A DNA stretch of 64,000 bases. Source: Raillietiella orientalis (taxonomy: Eukaryota). Shown piece by piece: positions 52,976 through 64,000 of this stretch. The stretch's first letter is position 1; each line of letters begins with the position of its first letter. The notes under the pieces are model-generated. The model saw nothing but the letters and a program-made list of their open reading frames with translations, ran no database searches and was not told where the DNA came from. Made by a program: the position numbers and the translations under genes. Location of the stretch: positions 186,001 through 250,000 of the forward strand of contig JAYWIR010000033.1 of assembly GCA_036172245.1 (NCBI GenBank), read 5' to 3'.

Positions 52976-52993
52976 CTCCGAATCCCCGCTGTG

Positions 52994-55706
52994 GAGAGCG
53001 GACGTGCTTTTCCTGCGCTTCGCCTGCGTGGCAAAGCGAGTGTTTTTTCTTCTTGAGTGATTTGTGCGTGCACATCGTCGGTGTCCGATGGCAGCGTTGC
53101 CAGAGCACACCGCGATGGAAGTAGGCGTGATGAAGGCTTGTTCGTCCCCACAGCCTACTGGATCAGGGGCATCCGCCCCGGAATCGTCCCCGGCGACGCC
53201 GAGGTCATGGAGCGCCATGGTGGCCGCTCTTAGCGTGGAAGCCATGGCCGAGATGGAAGCCTACAAGAAAGCGGGGTATAAACCCTCGCTAGTCTACAAG
53301 GTAGGCAACCTTTTCGATGGGCGAACTGCACGCGCCTTTACGAAGGCGCTGCAGAACGCCAATATTTTTGAAAAAGATCTCGAGGGCCTCTGCGTCCTCA
53401 GCGACGGACAGCGGGTCGAGGTGGTATGCAAGGATATCACCTTGGCCCGACACCAGATCACCGACCCGCTGATCATTGATGGTCGGAAGATCTTGCCGAT
53501 AACGATGGACGGCTCGGTGGTGGTCCATCTCACTGGGATCTCCAGTCGCATGACAAGGTCAGCGGTTCTAGAACAGCTACAAAAGCACGGAGAAGTGCAC
53601 GCGTTGTGGCCGAAGTCTACGATTTTCGAAGGCTACAATAGCCTTTTCGGAGGTCAAGCTGCGGCGCGTATCACAGTAAAAGAGGGTGTTGCGCTTCCCC
53701 ACAAGCTGTAGGTCTGCCAAGAAGCAATGGACCTCTGGTACGTGGGGAAACGCCAATTTTGTGGCTACTGCATTGCAGTAGGGCATCTACGCAAAAGGTG
53801 CTTGAACATTGTGTGCCACCTATGCGGCGAAAAGGGTCATGTTTGCGCGTGTGCCCCAAGCGCCCCACCCCGGTGCCCCCTGCTGCCAAAAAGGCGCAGT
53901 GAAACTGTGGAAAGCTGGTAGAATGACCAGCTCGCGAAAATAGCCGTTCCCAACTGCCAGCCTCCCTTCCTCCCGTACAGACGTCGGAGGAAAGAGCTCC
54001 CGTGAACGCGGAAATGGAGGAGGGTTGGCAGCTGGTTCAGGTTAGAAAAGAGAAAAAAAAGAAAGTGACGTTGGAAGAAAATTCAGAGAAGAAAACTGCC
54101 GGCAACAAGAAAAAAGCCGCGCCGCTTCCAAAAAAAAAACTCCGCGAATGCTCGGTGGCACTGGAACGCTTAGCCGTTCCTGCCGAGTCCGCCCGCGGCA
54201 ATGTTCGCGGAACAGCTGATGCGGACGCGATGAACACTCGCGTTGACGAGCCCAATCTACGTTTACAGGGTGAAACGCGAGACTCCCGCGCCGTCAACGA
54301 TGACGCCGCGCTCGATAAGGTCGCGGAGCAGCCCGTGGCAACGGTCGCCGCTAGCGAAGACGCGGCCTTCGAGAAAGCGGCGGAGGAGCTCGCAGCAACG
54401 CTCGCCGAGCGCGAAACCCCGTCGCGCAAGGGCGTACGCAGGTCGACTCCGACGGAGAAGGCCCCCGCAGGTGAGTGCGAGCTGGGGGCCGCAAGCGGAT
54501 CCTCCTCCTCGGAGGCACCCCCCAGGAAGTCGGGACGCAAGTCCCAGAAAGCCAGAAGGCGCCTCCCCTCTGCCAGCGAGGAGGAGAAACCGGAAGGAAG
54601 CGGCAGCGTGGGAATCCCGGAGGGGGAATATTCACGCCCGGAAGCCGTCGAGTCGGCCACCCCCATGGAGGAGGTAGAGCAGGGGGGTGAAGTCCTCCCT
54701 GCAGTCGCGAAACCTGAGCAGCATAAACCCATGGAGGAAGGCGAACAGGTAGGCGCGACTCCACCTGCGGGTGATCCGGCCGACGCGCCGGCACCGATGG
54801 AGGAGAAGGAAAAGGTGCCTTCAGTACCTGTCCCCCCTCCCCCTCCACCTAGCGTCTTGCCCCAGCAGGTAGCGGACGCCGCATCGCCTTTTTCCCTGGA
54901 CTAACACCTGGGCTCGCCAGTCGCCGTCGGATTCGCGCGGCCTGTTGGAACGTCAACGGGCTGCGCGACGACGGCAACAGGCGAGATACAGCCGACACCC
55001 TGCGTGAGCTCGACCTGGCGCTGCTGCAGGAGATCCACGTGATCACCGCGGCAGACGCCCAGGAAATCGAAACGATCGCGTGGCGTCGGCTGTATTGGCG
55101 ATGCGGCCTCCGCAACACCTGCGGGGTCGCGTTCTTCGTGGAGCCGGCCATCGACGCTGCCGTAAAGGCCATGCGGTTTGATGACGACGGTCGGATCGGT
55201 CAGCTGATTCTCAGCTGGTCCGACTCGATCGACCTAATCGTCACAAACGTGTATGGCCCCAGCGGCAAACAGGGTTACCGCGACCGCACCAGGCTGCTGG
55301 AAACCCTGAAGCGCGACTGGCTGGCGGATACCAATGTGCAAAAGGCGCACCTGATAGCGGGAGATTTCAATCTCCGCCTGCTAACAGGTGAGCCGGAAAC
55401 ACAAGTGAACGCGATGAACGAGTTGTGCGCTGCCATGCGTACGCGCAACTTGTTCGCGGGTGAGAAAGGAATGGTCCGCAGCATCGACCACGTCTTCCTG
55501 GACGCTGACCTGTGTTCACGCGTCGGCAAACGGGGGAGGGTTGTGTCGACGTTGTCGGACCATTCCCGGCTAATTTTCCAGATGCGGCCTCGCGACAAAG
55601 GACCGCCATCCAGGGATTGGCGTCTGCCGGGGGACTGGACGCGACTCTCAGGTGCGAAGGAACACCTTCGCGAATACCTGAGAGGCGTCACGCTCCGGAA
55701 TCTCCA
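52994..55706 (+). mobile_element. Family T copy 6, 5' part (ORF1 53088-54904, APE domain)
   Basis: 5' GAGAGCGGACGTG; SEAPPRKSGRKSQK; IAGDFN, LSDH. Confidence 0.93.
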
Positions 55707-58700
55707 TTGAAACCCGGGTGCGCCGGGACGTTTATTTTCACGAATAAACCTATACAATCTGTGACTGGACCAGTAGTCCAGCCACGCCCTGGAAAGATAT
55801 AGCTTGCCGGGCGACCGGTGCGCAGACCGGCGCGGTCGATCTCGGCAGCAGAGGGGAGGGGGAACGAAACAAAAAGAAAACAAAAAAAATAAACAAAAAT
55901 CAGGGAGGGAGCGGAAAGGGATCACAGTCTGCTGGGAGGGTCCGTCATCCTCTGGAGGATGCCGGCAAGCTGTTGCTGCGTGTGTGGTTCCAGATAGTTC
56001 CATCGCGTCGCCATCCAGAGGAAACGGGCGGCATACACGTTGGCATCCCTGTCGCTGGATCCTCCCGTCGCTTTGCTCCATGCCACGACGATCCCGCGTA
56101 GGCAGCACAGGGCTGCAAGCGAGGCCGCTGGAAGCAGGGCAACACGGACGAAGAGGGGGCGCGAAGCGTCTCTGGGGTTGCCTCCGGGGATCTCCAGGGC
56201 AGCGGCAAAGCGTTCCCACAAGGGACGGAGGGCAACACAATCCACTAACAGGTGAAGGAGGTATTTTCTCTTCCCGCACCTGACACAATTAGGGTTGACA
56301 CCCCCCCGCGTCAAGTGGTGTCGGCGGGCGTTGCAGGGAAGCTTTCAATGCAACACCAGCAGTGCCGACTGTTGCCACTTCATGGGCAGGGTGCGCGAGT
56401 CCATGAGCACCTGTGGCCACTCGAGATGTTCCTCAGGAACATCCAGTAGCTCTATCCAGCGCAACAGTCCATTTGGGGTGGTCCTCGGGGTCGCAGCGTT
56501 CGTGAGCTGACCCGTTCTCTAATCCACGAGATTCTTTGCCTTTCTGGCGATCTTGACTGTAACCTCCCATTGTGCCGCGACGTCGCTGTCCAGATGTTCC
56601 CGTAGGGTAGGCAGTACCGCAGCAAGGGAGGTTCTTTGTGCCCACGCTCTCCTTCGGGGATTATCGATGATTTCTCGGAGCGTGCGGCGGGCATGCGGCA
56701 TGAACAGAGCTATTCGCTCGTGTTTCGGGCTCTGCTCCTGAATCATCGCCCACGTGCGGACGGTTTCCTGCAACCAGGCAGGACCGTTCGCGGGGCATAC
56801 GAGGATCCGCGCCGAGTTCTTCTTCACGAGCTTGGTCGCCCTCCGAAGTTGAAGTCCGCAGTGACAGATGGGGCTTAGGAGAGCAAAGTAGGACGAGATT
56901 CCCGCATTGCCGGTGGCCCGCTTGACAAGGAGACGTGCAGGGAGGCACCAAGGGATGCAACAATTTTCTGCCATAAAGGCAACAACTCGGAACTGGAGCT
57001 GTAGCTCCAGCCACTCCAACGTCAAGAGGTCCAGACCACCATCCCGACGAGGAGCGCACAAGTCCGAAAGACGGACTCGGGGCCTCCCTCTGCCCCAAAG
57101 GGCGATCCTGAGGAGGTGCTTCGTGCTCTTCCTTGACTCCGTTGGGGTGGGGGCAAACAAAATGCAAGGGGCGAAGGAGGGACGCCGCAAACGCGTTCCA
57201 CGCCGTGGCCCGTTCATGCAGGGAGAACCTGCCGTCCTGGAACGGGCCGATCGCCGCCTGAGCCTTCTGAAGGCAGCCTGACCACGCTCCCGCAGGGGAG
57301 TAATCCCCCAACGGCACACCAAGGTACTTGAAGTACCTCACCGTGGGGATCCCCAAACGGACCCAGTCCTGCTGCCCTGCCCACGCCGATCCGACTGCCA
57401 TTACGGACGACTTCGCCCTGTTCACCGTCAGTCCTGTTCCACGACTCAGCAGGTCGAAGAAGTCGTCGACCGCCGAGGCCGGGGTGGACATAGGCAGCAG
57501 CAGCAGAAGATCGTCCGCGTACGCCGAAACCGCAGGCGTACCGGGGCAATCGCACGGCAGGTGCGTCAGAGTCTCCCTGTACGCTCTCAGCACCAATTCG
57601 AAAAAGGCACTAAAGAGCAGGGGGCTCAGGCTGTCTCCCTGCCGTATGCCGCGTCGCATCGCTATTCCGTGCAAGGTTTGCCCGCTGAAAAGAACATTAA
57701 TGAGCGCGTCGCGCTACCTGGAGCGCAGGTAGGCCAACAAAGAGGCCGGGAAGCCCAAACGTTCCAGAAGCTCCAGCAGGAGATTCTGGTCGACGCTGTC
57801 GAATGCTTTACGCAAGTCGACAGCGACCGCAAGGGCTTCCTTCCCCACCCGACCGTTCCGTCTCCCGCCAACGGACGCACCGGAATTCCGGCTGCTCAAT
57901 AAGCCCCTTCCTTGTTGGAGCTCTAACCATGTGGAAGCGTGGAACAGGTTCGCCTCCATGCTCCGCCCGGGAACAGCATAAGTCTGTTCCGGGCTGATGA
58001 AGATGTTGGCAACCCTTCCCAGACGCTCTGCCCACATCTTGGCTATCAACGTGGCGTCCGCATTCACTATTGTGATGGGACGCAAGTTGGTCATGCTCCT
58101 TAGGTCTCCTCCCTTCGGGAGGAGCCGCACCTTTGCTGAACGAAACGAGGTTGGAACGTCACATGTTTCACGGATCAGCAAGGTGAGCTGATGTACCGGG
58201 GGAGTAAGCCCTGCCACGAAAGTTTAATAAAACTCCGCGGGCAGGCCGTCGTCCCCTGGAGCCTTCCGCCTCTTGAGCTTTAGGATGGCCGAGAGGATCT
58301 CGTCCATCGTGAAAGGCTCGTCGAAGCTTCTTTTCTCCTCTTCCCCGATCGCTGCAGCACCTTCCGGAAGCAGAAGTCGTGAGACGTCTCGCTCCAGAGG
58401 CGCCGTGGCGTACAGGGAAGAGTAAAATTTCCTCACTATCCTGCGTTTCTGAGCTGGAACCGAGTGCTCCCGGCCCTGGACGTCCAGCAAGCTGGCCGAT
58501 CCGGATTGCCTGGCTTGCCTCTCGGCTCCCGCTCGATACTCTGCTAACCTGCGCATGTCGGGGGTTCTCGCGAAACGTCGGGCCTGAAGTTAGCACCTTT
58601 CGTTACGCGGCCCCTCCCCAAATCCCTCAGGTAGGCGATGCAGGGGGAACTGATCGCAGAACTCCTGGTCCGACCGCTTGAAGCGGTCCCAGTCCTCAAG

Positions 58701-59352
58701 TGTCTGGATCCTGAAGCTCCGAATAAACGCGCGGAGGTGCTCCGCCGCGTCGGGAAACTTCAGCCAGTCCCCTGGCAGACGCCACGCTGACGAGGGGGGC
58801 CCTTGTCGCGCGGACGCACTTCGAAGATGATCCGACAATGGTCCGACAGCTCGTATGGTACCTTGCCGCGCCTGCCCACCCGAGAGCATAGGTGCTGATC
58901 AAGGTACATGTGATCGATGCTGCTTTTCATGGCCGTGTCCCCGGCCAACAAGTTGCGCGTGTTCATTTCTGCGCACAACTCGTTGACGCGGTCGTTCAGT
59001 GTATCCGGTGCACCTGGAAGCAGGCGCAGGTTAAAATCACCTGCGATCATGTGCGCTTTGCGAACTCCTGCATCGGTCAGCCAATGGCGTCTCAGGGCAA
59101 GGTAGAATTCTCTTCTTGCCTTCGCCCTCAACGCGTTGTTTCCGCTAGGAGCGTATAGGTTGGTGACGACCAGGTCGATAGAGTCGGACCAGCTGAGAGT
59201 CAGCTGACCGACGCGACCTGCGTCATCGAACCGAACGTCCTTTATCGCGGTCTCGATGGCTGGCCGAAGCAGGAAGGCGACACCGCTTGATTTCGCGGTG
59301 CCGCAACGCCACAACAGCCGCCCATCCGAGATCCGTTCGATCTCCCGCGCTC
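55707..59352 (-). mobile_element. F-related element, ORF2 from EIER to the 3' end, pseudogenised
   Basis: GDFN, KAFD, YADD, CVRCGK finger; ends AATAAA CGTCCCGG CGCAC CCGGGTTTCAA. Confidence 0.93.
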
Positions 59353-60733
59353 GTACAGTGCAGACGTGTTTCCGCGTCTTTCCGCGCCAACGATCGGGCA
59401 ACTTTGTGCCTGCGTTTTTGCTCGCACTTGTGTGTTCCTGTGCAATCTGCCAAGTAGCATAGTGCAACATGGCCAGTACACAGGATAGTGTGGAGGAGCA
59501 AGCCACTGGATGCACTTCAGCTGCACTTGAAGTGGCCGCATCCTCCGTAATGGTTTCCTCGCCCCCGGTGCGGAGTTACGCTGCCGTTACCTCCCAAAGA
59601 CCAGGACCCTGCGATGCGGAGTTCCAGGCATATGTGTCATCAGGATACATGCCTACACTCCGTTATAAGGTCAGTGGGCCACTTAACGGGAGAATCGGTC
59701 GTGAGCTCAATGATGAGCTCGTCCGGATAGGCGTTCGCGAGGAGGAACTCCTTGCCATAATGCCTGCTGGCGGGATGGAATATACGAAGATTCGGTGCAA
59801 GAACGCAGCACTTTTGCAGCGCCTTCTCCGTACGCCGTTGACCATCAATGGCAAAGAAGTCCTACCTACCGCGATGGACGACTCTTTTGTCGTTGAATTG
59901 TGCGACATCGAACCGGAAATCTCCGACCGCGACGTCGTAAGTGTGCTGCCGGAGTTCGCCACCGTGCACGCTCTGTGGAGGAGGCCAAATCCTCTAAAGG
60001 ATTTCTCCTCTGTCCACATTGGACAAGCCTCCGCGCGGATCACCGTCGCGAACAGGCGTGTTGTGCCTGAGCAGCTGCAGGTGAACGGCACGGTCGTTCA
60101 CCTGTGGTTCATAGGCAAGAATCGCGCGTGCGACCAGTGCCACAAGGAGGGGCACCGAATTAAAGAGTGCCCCTCTCCAAGATGCCGCTATTGCCAAGAT
60201 TCCGGGCAGGAAATCGAAAAGTGCCCGGTACTTGCAAGAAAAAGAGCCGCAGCGGAAATTCGTCGGGTTCAAGAGCCCACTGCACGAAAAGCCGCAGCGG
60301 CAAATAAAAAAAATTCGTCGGCAAAAACTCGAAAAAAACCACGAGCGATCCGCGGATAAAAAGAAAGCATCCCCGCCCGCAACGTCCCGAAAGGGGAAAG
60401 TCACGGCAGGGAAGCCAATTAAAAAGGGGCGCGAGGGTTTGACGCGTGCCGTGCCTTCCCTCTCTGCCGAACTCGCAGGCACCTTTCCGAGCCTGGAACC
60501 AGGAAATCTCCGTAACACCCTGGAGGGAAAGGTAGGAAAACAGGAAGATCGCAACAGTGCGAAGACTTCTTGCCCCGTTCCGTTGTCCCTTCCGAGTTCC
60601 GGACAGCCCCACTGCAGCGCAGGCCCCACTGCAAAGGCTACGAAAGCCGTAAAAAGCAGCGTCGCGACGAGCAAAAGCACGCTGCATGCAGTCGCCCCAT
60701 CGCCGACTCGGCAGTTTTCCCCAAGTCCCACGA
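59353..60733 (+). mobile_element. G-related element, 5' part (ORF1 from 59469)
   Basis: 5' GTGCAGACGTG; LRYKVSG and NDELVRIGVREEELLAIMP as in G ORF1; CDQCHKEGHRIKEC. Confidence 0.88.
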
Positions 60734-63700
60734 GGGGTGGGGTAAATTTATTTTTCTTAAATTTTTCTATAAAAACATTCACACTACAGTCTCATCCATA
60801 CCATTAGCACTTTTTTTTTTTACCACTATGAAGTCCTTGGGTTCTCACAATTTCTGCACTCATGGTGGGTTTCCTACTGTTTGGTCCCGGGCGTCGTCTT
60901 CTATCCTCTTCAGGATGAATCGGTACGTCCAGGCTTGGATTTTCCCACAGTTTCTAATGCCGATTTCCCTCTTCAGGAGCCCTTGTAGGATCTCCATCGG
61001 TGGTGCGGCTCTTCTGGCTTTCCTCATTTTCCACCACCGCACAAGTATGGCGGTGATGAAGAGGGCGATGGTCGTCCCCACCATGGGATTGTAACAGGGA
61101 ACATTACCATTCCCCTGAAACATCCCGGCGAGGATCTACATTACGGATCTGTTCGTAAGTCCGATGATCCTTTTCAGGATCAGCCAGTCATGCAGCAATG
61201 TGGGACACGTCAAGACGTGAAGTCTCGTGTCGATGTCTCCACATGCTGTGCAGTCTCGATCTTCCCTTCTTCCGGTGTAGTGCTGCAATCGGGACCCACT
61301 CTGGATTCCCCCATGATAAAACATCAGGAGGTCATCCTGGGTGTCCGGCGGAAGGTCACTTCTCCAGAGCGTCGTGCCAATCGCTAACAGATTGATCCGT
61401 TCACTCCTGTAGCGATCGGCGGCTTCCTGGAGGGCACTGATATCACTGTGTTCTTCTTGAATTAGTCTTCGGAGCTTTGTTTTGGTTACCCTGGAGCACG
61501 CAAAGTCGTTGTGGTTGAACCACACTTCGCGAGTCATGTGGGTAAACCTTCCTAACATCATCTCTATATGCCTAAGTATACAAGTGTGATGTAGGTACCC
61601 TCCTCGTTTCCACTCCTGGATTCGTTGAAGGGTAACTCTGGACCGCTGGTGGATCCAGCTTCTCGTGTCCGGCGGGACAGGAAGCATCCGAGGGATCACC
61701 AGGATGGACTCGTCCTGCCAGAGTTCCCTAGTTCTCGGCACGATCTTGATTTTGTGCTTTCGCAACAGCCGTTGCTTCCTCGTCCAGGTTGGGTCGATTT
61801 TTTTCCATACGCCTGTTCGGCCTAGCAGCGCAGTCATCAGGCCTTTCGAGTTGTTCAACAACAACGCGTAGGCCCTGTGCGCGGCATACGGCCAGTGATC
61901 CCAGTGAGTGGCAATTTCCAGGATGTGTCGCGTATCCATGATTTCTATGGAGTGTGCAAGCGACTTCATCCCGGAACCGCCTTCTTCCCTGGGACGACAC
62001 AGGGGTTTTAGTCGGAATCTTGGGCGATAGTGGCCCCACAGTGTTTTTCTCTGCAGCTTGTCGAACTCCCTCGTGGTTTCCTTGTTTATCCTCGCAAAGG
62101 CCGCCCCGAAGAGCACTTATGGAAGGAGTACTCCGTTCCAAATGTTGGCCTTTCGCTTCATTCCAAGGTCCGTTTGGGTGTACTTGGCTGCTTCCTTCGC
62201 CGTTTTCCCTAGGATCTCGGTCCACAATAGCTTCGACGCGGAGACGTCGCCAATGTAGACACCCAGGTACTTGGCCTTGTCCACCGTTGATAATCCTTTC
62301 CCCGCTAGAGTGGAGAGATCGAAGATTCCAACGGGCGAGAGCTGGCTTTTCTGGGCGTTGATCTTTAGACCCAGGCCTTGATCCATCAGGTCTACCACAT
62401 CCAGAAACGCTCGTTGATTTCTCTCTCCCTTGATAAAGAAGAGTAGATCATCAGCGTATGCAAGATGGGTAAGACGCTGGCCATCGATTGTTATGCCTTG
62501 CAGTCGTCCGCTCTTCTCGATAAAGGACGATAACGCCTCCATGTAGATGACGAACAGCATCGAACTTAGCGAGTCGCCCTGTCGGACTCCTCGTTCCATC
62601 CTGATTGCTGCCGTCTCCTGGCCGTTGATTTTGATTCGGCAGTACTGGTTCTGGAGTACCACCCTCACGAAGTTGCTGAAGTGTTCCGGAAGGCCTAGCT
62701 TCTCCAGAACCTTCAGCAGCATCCCATGGTCGATGGAGTCGGAAGCCTTCTCCTTGTCAGTGAACACCAGCGCCAGATTCTCGCCGACGTATCGGCTGAG
62801 TCCGACGGTGGCCTTGGCACACATGACATTGTCCGACATGTAACGTCCAGGGACTGCACACGTTTGGACCGGAGAGATGAGCCTCGACATGACCTTGCCA
62901 AAGCGGTTGGACCAGATCTTCGCCAACCACTTGGCATCCGAGTTCAGGATCGAGATTGGCCTCCATTGAGCGACCTGCGTGAGGTCGCCTCCTTTAGGCA
63001 ACAATCTCATCCGACTCTCGTAGAAGGACTGTGGAAGTCTTCCTTCTTCACGGATGCAGAGGGTCAACTGGTGGAACAAACGCAGGTAGGCATGCAAGTA
63101 CCGCTGATAGTGAGTGATGAGTACGCTGTCAGAGCCCGCTGCCACGTCCTTGCGTAGTTGACCAAACGCAGTCTTCACCTCGTCTTCGGAGAATTCCTCC
63201 TCCAGTCTGTTCCGCTGGAGGTCGTCGATCCTCTTCTCGAGATAGCTCAAGAAGGCCTGTTGACTAGAGCGACACAGCTGTTGTCGCCTGAAGTGTTTCG
63301 TGTAATGCCTTTGAAAGGCATCCACGATGTCCCCAGACGACTGTCGCTCTTGACCGTCGTACTGGATGCAGAAGATATCTGTTGCCAGATTTCTCTTCTC
63401 CAGCACGCCGACTTCCTCTATTATGTTATTGAGGACGTACCGTCTCTCGTACTGATCGAAGTACTTTGAGAGTGAGCGATCTTGGATGTTCAGCTCCCGT
63501 TACGCCTCCTGCCTCAAGCGCCTATCTCCGAACTGCATGTTTGCAAACAGGTGTATCCTGTGTTTCAGGCTGTCCCAGTCGGCGACTCTTCGGATTGTTG
63601 TTGCCTTCAGAATCGTCTCCAGGACAGCCTGATGTCCGGGATGGGTTTCGAACCAGGCGGGCATGCTGATGAGTGCTGCCCTGGTGCCTTGCCTCCCCCG

Positions 63701-64000
63701 AGGATTCTCCGTTCTTAGGGAAAACCGCACCAGGGGGTGATCGGACACCCTGGTCATAATGTGTCGAAAACCCTGGATGCGATTCCCAAGTTCGGTGCTG
63801 TGCAGGACGTGATCGATCGGCTTGTGACTTGCAGATCGTTACACCAGTCCGAACTCGTCGGATAACTGCCGATACGCCGTCCTTCCTCTGGCGTCTTCGC
63901 AGTGAGTGATCTCATCCAATATGTTGAGATCGCCAGCAACAATCACGACGTCCTTTGAAGCAACCTTTTCACGGAGTGCTGCATTCAGCGCCTCCGCTCA
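60734..64000 (-). mobile_element. Divergent L1/Tx1-type element (family L), ORF2 pseudogene, 5' part outside window
   Basis: AGDLN, SDH, QWRPISILNSDAK, RGVRQGDSLS, LAYADDL, KYLG, CTACGDIDTRLHVLTC; AATAAA at 60747-60752. Confidence 0.92.

Noticed and set aside
1..64000. Bacterial RT systems (group II intron, retron, DGR, CRISPR-RT) or attC-like cassettes
   Set aside because: APE-RT-CCHC with gag-like ORF1, TSDs and 5' truncations are diagnostic of eukaryotic LINEs; no repeat-spacer array or recombinase seen

Overview
The whole 64 kb is a gene-free, nested cluster of about 20 eukaryotic non-LTR retrotransposon copies and fragments of L1/Tx1-type architecture. ORF1 is RRM-like with two CX2CX4HX4C knuckles; ORF2 has APE endonuclease, RT and a C-terminal CCHC finger. 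Copies lie on both strands and nearly all are pseudogenised. I labelled related families by shared sequence (F, G, T, K, Q) plus one divergent family (L). All F/G/T/K/Q copies end in AATAAA, a CCCGG-loop-CCGGG hairpin and TNNNAA (usually TGNNAA), with no poly(A) tail, and full-length copies start with a GAGTGCGGACGTG-like motif. These ends let junctions be read nearly to the base. The main observation is that the nesting is not random: each family repeatedly lands at the same nucleotide of a conserved ORF2 motif in other families. G inserts sense at the APE GDFN codons, T antisense at the linker LPxGFG codons, K antisense at the RT DAKLL codons and F antisense at the RT AFD codons. This looks like a community of sequence-specific retrotransposons targeting one another. 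The host organism cannot be determined from the sequence.
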